A stretch of DNA of 64,000 bases, taken from the NCBI RefSeq assembly GCF_009914755.1, contig NC_060928.1. One strand, written 5' to 3'. The translations under genes and the position numbers were made by a program. Under the pieces are notes generated by a model. The model ran no database searches. It was not told the origin of the DNA and was given only the letters and a program-made list of their open reading frames with translations. Positions within the stretch are counted from its first letter, which is position 1. Every line of letters starts with the position of its first letter. Positions 54,831 through 64,000 of the stretch are shown here, in pieces. This DNA is from the human T2T-CHM13v2.0 reference genome, Homo sapiens.

Positions 54831-54979
54831 TTTTTCTTGTTTCTTGTTTTTGTTTTTGTTTAGAGATGGGTCTTGCTATGTTTCCCGGGCTGGACTGGAA
54901 CTCCTGAGCCCAAGCGATCCTCTCGCTTCTGCCTCCCGAGTAGCTGGGACTACAGGCATGGGCCACCACTGTACTAGGC
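54831..54979 (-). mobile_element. FLAM-type Alu monomer
   Basis: tttagagatgggtcttgctatgtttcccgggctgg..gaactcctgagcccaagcgatcctc...ctgggactacaggc. Confidence 0.8.
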
Positions 54980-55009
54980 TTCTTCTTGTTTTCTTTTGTC
55001 AACTCACCT

Positions 55010-55279
55010 TTTTATTTTTTATTTTTTGAGATGGAGTCTCACTATGTCGCCCAGGCTGGAGTGCCCTGGCACAATCTTGGCTCACAGCAACCTGCGCCTC
55101 ATGAGTTCAAGCGATTCTCCTGCCTCAGCCTCCCCAGTAGCTATGATTACAGGCACCCACCACCACACCCAGCACATGCCACCGCACTCTATTTTTAGTA
55201 AAGTTGGGGTTTCACCATGTTGGCCAGGCTGGTCTCGAACTCCTGACCTCAGGTTATTCGCCTGTCTCTGAGCCCAGCC
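55010..55279 (-). mobile_element. AluS with internal deletion
   Basis: Alu body; TSD tgtcaactcac(c)tttta on both sides. Confidence 0.9.
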
Positions 55280-55339
55280 TGTCAACTCACTTTTAATAGA
55301 AATCAGAATGCAGATAGGTATTTCTCTGTCATTAAAGAA

Positions 55340-55672
55340 AAAATGGTAGTCACTAATTCATGATGATACTTCAAAGCAGGAGTGCAACAGGGAGCCAGGA
55401 GGACCGTGGCAAGTTGGAGTGTATGGGCAAATCCTGAAGGGGAAGATCCCATGTGTCCCTAGCCAGTCACTGCCATGAAGTAAGACTGGCCCAGAGCAGC
55501 CAAATCTTCCACTACCTCAAAAGAAACTGGAAATTCAGATTTTTCTATGAAATCTCCCAAGATTTTCAATGTTAGGTAAACACAGACAAGCACTAGAGAC
55601 CATACAAGGCTTGTCTGCAGGCCAGGACACAGAGGCATGTCAGCCCACAGACACCGTGGTTGTAAATCCTGG
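55340..55672. mobile_element. MER102-like hAT-Charlie relic
   Basis: gccaaatcttcc...tcaaaagaaactggaaattcagatttttctatgaaatctccc resembles remembered MER102 text. Confidence 0.55.
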
Positions 55673-57329
55673 CCAGAGTCCTGTGCTGGGTATTACAGTG
55701 AAGGGATGAGACGTGGAGAAGGGAAGAGGGAGAGAAGGTGACCTGAGAGACAGCTCGGAGATACATCCTAAGGAAGGAAGGAAAGACAAACACAAGACAG
55801 CGCCATTGCCCTATGAGATCATCACCCCACAAGCTCTCAGAGGAGGGAGAATTACTCCCATCTGGGGCAGCCAACGCAGGAATCATAGAGCAAGCGGGAT
55901 CTGAGCAGACCCCGAACATTCGAGGCCAACTGCTTGAATGAGTAGAAAGGTACCTCCGCGTTTCAAGATTCAGACGAAACAATGAACGTTTAATGTTCTG
56001 AAATGCATAAGACACTCCATGCATTTAAAGAAGTATTTCCTATTTACAAACTAGAACCGGCATCATATATGAAGTTTATATTGTCTATTTCTTGCACATA
56101 AGGGTTTGTTACCATCTTATTAAGACAACGTGTATTTTTGACTCGAGTGCTAAAGCTATACAAGTTCTATTTTTAAATCAAATGGTCGTATGTTTATATT
56201 TTATACCTGGGAGTGCAAGTCACTGTATTTGTCTTATTCCATCCTTTCTTCCTTTGCATTTATTTATAGTTTCTTTGCTGAAAAAAAAATCAGTTGATTC
56301 TTAGGTTGTTAGTTCCATAAAAGCAGTTTTGAAAATTCAATGTGCCCATATATTTTAAAGTGACTTTCAATAATTAGGGACTGATTAGAAATGTCTAGTA
56401 GTGACAGTTTCTCTTTGGCTTTCGGTAACCTTTCTGTCCTCAGTCTGGCAGCTGAAGGTTTTTGGTTTGTGGCTTTTAAAGTGGTGTTAAGGGACATATT
56501 TCTGCCTGAGAACAGAGCTGTCCACCCACACATAGCCCAACTACACTGTGCTCATGCAATCATAAATTAAACAATAATTTAATTTTAAAATATTTAAAGA
56601 TAATATTTACATTCCATATTGGGTGATACATTTTAAAGACAGCAATTTTCTGATGAATGTTTTTAATTTTAAGCACTCTAATATAAGGAATAATAAAAAT
56701 GACATTTTAGACTATTCTGAATTTAGAAGCATAAATAGAGAAATTCGGGGCCTAGTTTTCAAGAATAGATGCTAAGAGAATAAACAAAATTAAACCTGTC
56801 ATTATGTAAAATTTTTATTCGCCCTGTGCATGATATTTTAATATGCATTTTATGGAGTTTGTAGGAAGTTTAATTTTTCGTTTGGAGTAAAAGATAGTGT
56901 TACACGGTATAGGTGATAAATCAGGTTATCATAGTTATGTGTGTGACCCTTAAAAGGTGAACACACTAAATATACCTCAAAGACAGAGCCATTAACCTTA
57001 AAGTGGATTGCAGATTTGGCCTGTGGGAAAAAGAAGTGCAAGCGAGGTGTAGAGGTTTTTATTAGTACTCCCACTATTTGGTTATAGGTATTAGAATATT
57101 TGAACATAACATTTATAGGCTAGCTCCATAGAGTCTCCTGGAAATCTTTATTTCACTGGTTTTTCAACTTGACTTCTGCCTTTCCTTTCTGAATTCATTT
57201 CTTACTGTCATACTACTGGCACCTAGAAGAATTTCTCTCGACTATTTTAACAAGCCTTCAGCTGACTGTTTTGCCTACACACCTTATCAATTCCCACTTG
57301 TGTATCTTCACTCCTGTCTTTAAGACAAT

Positions 57330-57480
57330 AAACAATGGAGAGAGTCAGATAGGAGTTTAAATTCCAGTTCTGCTATCATTTAGCCCTGTGTCTTTGTGCA
57401 AATTATTTAATCTCTGTGATTTCGAATATCTTTATTCATAAAATAAACACCTTCTGTGGTATTGTGGGGACTAAATCAGG
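57330..57480 (+). mobile_element. MIR
   Basis: gagtcagataggagtttaaattccagttctgct...tgtgtctttgtgcaaattatttaatctctgtg. Confidence 0.6.
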
Positions 57481-58415
57481 TGGGTCTATTCCCCACATCT
57501 TGACCACAGAATGTTTGTTGCCACAGACAAAGCCCCATACTGAAATGGCTGATTAGAGACACAGTCCCTACTCAGCTCATCTAGCTCACCTTGGGCAAAT
57601 CATCAGAATTCCCTAAGTCCGGCCGCCTCACCCAACAACTCAGGGGGCAGACGTGGTGACTCAGCCCGGCTGCTGTTCTTCCAGATCCACATGCTCATTG
57701 CCTCAGCACAGCTGGGGAGAATTTCCCCACCCACATCATACTGTATTTGTTCATGTATCATCTAGTAATGATTTTTTAGATTTTAAAAAGCAATATGATG
57801 CAATGAACAAGAGCTGCCTTCCAATCCTTTTATGTCTACACGCTAGGTGTTCGAGGGCAAAGGAAACAGCAGGTACTTGATAAAAGCTGATTACATAAAT
57901 ACTCTCCCCAATACAGTGTATAGCATTAACCTACGCAATACTAAATCACTACAAGCAGCACATCTTCCAGACTTAATTTTCTTTGAGTCTATGACTGAAT
58001 GTTGATATTCTTTGTATGACAAAACAATCTTTTATGTCAATATATCCACTGAAATTTTGTAGAATTTTTTACATTTATTTTCAGGTTATATATTAGTTTT
58101 TTAAACAAATGTATACAAAAGAATATCAAAAATCTCATTGTTATACTATTCATGTTACTCTTGCTACTTTTATAAAGAAAATAAAACGTATGCAAATGTA
58201 GACACATGTGTAACATAAAGTAATGACACCTTCTTGTCCTCAGTTATTCTATTCTAAGTTGGTCATTTTATCAGTTTTATGTTTTAGTCCAGAATATATC
58301 CATGCATATATATAGTAGCCTATGTGCACACACATTCTTTTCTTATTTATACCTTATAACATGCTAAATAAGTGCTCTATACCTCACTTTTTACTCTTTA
58401 TAAAATATATATACA

Positions 58416-58902
<487 letters not shown>

Positions 58903-60049
58903 TCACTTTTTACCCTTAATACTACTCCTTAGAAACATTTCCTTATAAGCTATGCAAAACCACACGACTTTTAAAAAGTGACTCCATAATATCCCATGAT
59001 ATGGCTATCTCATCATTTCCATTCTAGCTCCCTTTTCATCGTTTCATTAGCTTTTTCCAGTTGTTTGCTATTATCAATGTTGCTGCAATGTGCATCCTTT
59101 AACTTTACATCTTGGCAAACTTATTTGAGTACATCCTAACTCTGTGATTAGGATCAAAAGGTATGTAAATTTATTTGTAGCTTATTTTATTTAAAAACGT
59201 TATAATCATTTTTCATGTTTAACCCTCTCAAAATCACTGCCCATTTTACAGATGAGAAAAAGCGGGTAATTTGGTCAGAACACATGATCGGTTAATGTGT
59301 AGAGACAAAATTAGCGCTGAAACCTGCCTGCATTCTTCATTTCTTTTCTATCACTTCAAGCTGCATTTCCAATGAACTCCAAAGAAAAGGTCATCTGGAA
59401 AATTGGGCGTCTTCAATAAATGGATTAAGGTGGTGGTTGACAAACCTTTGAAGAACTGCATGGAAAAAGATGCAAAGAAAGACATGCTGTGTTGTTTTTT
59501 TCCCCCACAGACTGACCTCTTTGGAGTTACAATAAAGCCAAGCTTTTTTCTTCCTTGTTTACCAGGTTCTATGAGAGAGAATAAAGAGAAAGATATTCGT
59601 GTTGATGAAAATGATGACAGATAAAATGTGTTTGAAGGCTATAAAAGCTCCTTACATCTGGAGCAGCTGGCAGCCTGGGATTGGACTCTAAGGGGAGCTC
59701 ATAGATATCTAATTTGAGCAACGGTTAAAAGTAAACTTGGGAACAGCTGAGTCAGTGCAGTTATCTCTGGCTCTGGGAAGTTTTTGTGATGTTTAGAGGC
59801 TGGCACATAAAAATCCACATGACACATATTTGCTGAGTCTAATATCCTTATGAAAATGAACAGGGATGATTTACAGGAATATATTAGACACAGATGTTCT
59901 TATATAAACCAGGATATAACATGATATAGAAGGTAATGAGCCATTAAAATGGGCAGAAAATACTTGCTAATGTTTTAATAATTATGTACATTAAAATACA
60001 CAAATAACATACAAATATCAGTGGCTTAGAAATCAATTAGATTAGATAA

Positions 60050-61440
<1,391 letters not shown>

Positions 61441-62010
61441 TGTTGGAAGTAAATGCTCAGTGCCGCCAAGTGAAAATAGCACTCAGGCAAAAATTTTCTC
61501 AGCAAGGCAATTTACTTCTATAGAAGGTTGCATCTTGCGGATGGAGCAATGGCGAGAGCACACCGGACAAGGGAGGGGAAGGGGGTCTTATTCCTAACCC
61601 AGTAGTCCCTACTGCTGTGTCTTTTCCCTGTTGGCTAGGGTTAGACCGCACAGTCTAAGCTAATTCCAAATGGCTATTTTAAAGAGAGCAAGGGTACGAG
61701 TCAGAGTGGTGGGGTAAGTAGTTTTGGCGGGAGGGACAGTTACAGAACAGGTGACCAGGGATGCCTAAGGACAGAACAGGCGATAGAGGCTAGGAGGGGG
61801 TTGTTTACTGAAACTAGGGGCAAGGAGGGTAAGGAACGAGGAAGTCAAACTTTAAAATGGAGAACAAAGAACAGGGAAGCTGAACATACTGACATATTGG
61901 TTCTTTGAGGAGGAACTCAGAACTCATTGTACTTAACAATTTGTCTCTCTCTTGGATTTTAAAGGAAGTTAACAGGCTAAACTTTGAAGAGGAATTTACT
62001 GTATCCTACA
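61441..62010 (-). mobile_element. LTR10 (HERV-I, LTR10A-like) solo LTR
   Basis: TG...CA ends; reverse strand starts tgtaggatacagtaaattcctcttcaaag and includes aagaaccaatatgtcagtatgttcag; 4-bp TSD gtcc (61437-61440, 62011-62014). Confidence 0.85.
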
Positions 62011-62119
62011 GTCCATAGGATGTGATTGGTGCTATTCACACTTGAGCTTAGCCAGGAGGCTGAGAAGCAATGTGATTGGTGATGTTCAATGGAGAAGATG
62101 GTAGTAGAGCAAAAGCCAA

Positions 62120-62722
62120 ATCGCATCTTAGCCTTGTCTATTGCGATCACCTCTCAACTGCACTTTCTACTTCTAACCTTTCCTTTCTTCAACCATCCTT
62201 CTTTCTACCCAAAGTTATCTTTCTAAAAGCCAAATTTAGTGATATCACTCCTTTGGTTAAAATGTTTTGATGGCTCCCATTGCCTGAAGACTTCAAAGTT
62301 CTCCCAATTGAGGTGACGCTCAACTGACACCTTTTGCTACAATCAACTCTATATTATTTGCCCTTCTTTAGCAGGTCCTAATTTTTAATACCTTTTGCCT
62401 TTGCTAATACTGGCCCTTCAAAATAAAATACCTCCTAATCTCTACCAATGGCCTCACAACCTATCTCAGGTATCTCCTCCTGTGTGAGGACACCCCTAAT
62501 CCTGCAGGCAAAATGAATGCCTCCTTTCAATGCTTCCATAGAACTTTTCAGGGGTTGCTATTGGGTTATTATATCATGTTAACTAAATAATGATTTGTTT
62601 ATATATCGTGTCTCTCCTAATGTGGTACAAAACATATGACAGTATTATATTCATTCTTATAGCCCCGGTACCCAGCATTGTCCACATATGTTGTCTTTCA
62701 CTGCTTTTGAATGAATGAATGC
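62120..62722 (+). mobile_element. L2 3' region
   Basis: atcactcctttggttaaaatgttttgatggctcccattgcc...ttgaatgaatgaatg end. Confidence 0.7.
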
Positions 62723-62984
62723 ATAAAATGGCTGCTAAAATATAAGATGTTTGGGAATGTAGAGAGCTGAGCATGTTTGAAGGCAGAACAGAAGGAATAA
62801 GTCAAGGGAAAAGATGGCTAACGCTGAGAGAGGGAAAGGAGGAGATAATTAATGAGCTACATCCCGAAGAAGACAGGATGAATGATATAAATAACAAAGA
62901 TGGTGAAGTGAGACTTGGGAAGAAAAAGAGACAAATTGTCAACTGAACCAGGAGACCGTGGACAGGAGACCATAAGTGAATTGA

Positions 62985-63185
62985 CAGTCATTGAGCCCCT
63001 TTTATGCACCAGGTACTGGGATAGGTTCTTTATGTATCTTTGCTCATTATGTAGCATTACAAGCCTTGTGACCTGTCCATTTACAGATGACCAGGCCAAA
63101 TTGAAGGGTTTTAGAATTTGGTTTTAGTCACGGAAGTCAAGTTTGAGCCCTGGGCCGTTTTTTCCCAGTCTCCTGCTTTTTCCAT
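62985..63185 (-). mobile_element. MIR
   Basis: attgagccccttttatgcaccaggtactgggatagg...ccatttacagatgacc. Confidence 0.55.
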
Positions 63186-63759
63186 GAAATAAAAATTGTC
63201 AGTGGTTGGAGGCCACACTAGGAGATCAGGAGGACAAGGCATTTTCAACGGTTAGAAGGCAAAATTAAAATGACTTAGAGTGCGTCTGGGCTGGGTTACT
63301 AGATAAGTGAAGCCAGAAGGCTGCTTACATTCACATAGGCATATTTTATCCTGCTCCTTTACCAGCTTGGGCTGAGAAAGAAAAGGCTACTGTTATGTTT
63401 TAGAGTTTGCAATAATCTTCTGAATGTTTCCAGCACATTCCCTTGGATTCAGAAAGACTGTATTAGATACTTTATTTCACAAATACCCATGAAGCACATG
63501 CTATTATGTGCTCAGTATGGGGAATTTCTTGTGAGATATCAAATAAGAATCAGACATAGTCCTTAAGGAAAAGATATTTTAATGGAGTTTTGATAGAAAG
63601 AAAATCACTATTCCATGAGAAGAATATTATACATGCTGTAAAAGTGATTCAAAGAAAAAGATGAGACAATAATTGATCTGAATCTAATGATATATTTGGA
63701 AGAGATTATGTTAAACGAAGAAGGCAGGATAGGCATTCCATCAGAAAGAAAGGAATGCA

Positions 63760-63862
63760 AGAAAGGAGAGAGGAGAAGCAGAGAGGGGAGGGGAGGACGG
63801 AAGGGGAGGGGAAGGGGGGAGGGGAGGAGAGAAAAGAGGAGGGGAGAGGAGAGGAGAGGAGA
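63760..63862 (+). repeat. GA/G-rich simple repeat (GGGGA/GAGAG) within an L2-like fragment
   Basis: Directly visible; several G4-5 runs at 63784-63824. Confidence 0.8.
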
Positions 63863-64000
63863 ACACAGAAGATTGACTGTGAGGAACAGGAAGGTGATTC
63901 AGGGAGCCAGAGGTAGTCCAGTGTGTATCACTGGAAAAGGCTAAGATTAAACACCACGAGTAACGTGTACAATTTTGAGTTACAGGCTAAGATATTATTA

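Noticed and set aside
59403-59624. 73-aa ORF overlapping two acceptor-like sites (cccccacAG, tttaccAG)
   Set aside because: No recognisable homology and no convincing downstream donor.

Overview
This is AT-rich primate, almost certainly human, genomic DNA with no intact protein-coding gene. The ORF track is explained by Alu, L1 and simple-repeat frames plus one retrocopy. The main feature is a 5'-truncated, intronless, poly(A)-tailed processed pseudogene of cyclin H (CCNH) on the minus strand (about 53658-54600). It has nonsense and frameshift lesions, appears to sit inside a MIR, and carries an Alu fragment in its 3'UTR. From memory, the CCNH pseudogene (CCNHP1) is on distal 4q near TENM3; I could not verify this. 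A well-formed 81-nt non-coding exon with a short uORF (15893-15973, +) suggests the window is intronic to a long plus-strand transcript, possibly a far-upstream TENM3 5'UTR. The rest is repeats (about 17 Alu/FLAM copies, old L1M/L1PA pieces, L2/MIR, MaLR/ERVL/LTR10 solo LTRs, hAT relics, microsatellites) and unique sequence. I see no CRISPR, operon-like or other new multi-gene system. The most interesting signals are small-scale: a probable ancient L1 3' transduction, a diverged 145-bp local duplicate inserted into an L1, a 64-nt quasi-palindrome, a rearranged tail-less L1PA, a trimeric Alu, and CpG-retaining LTRs. All repeat subfamily calls are by eye against remembered consensus sequences.
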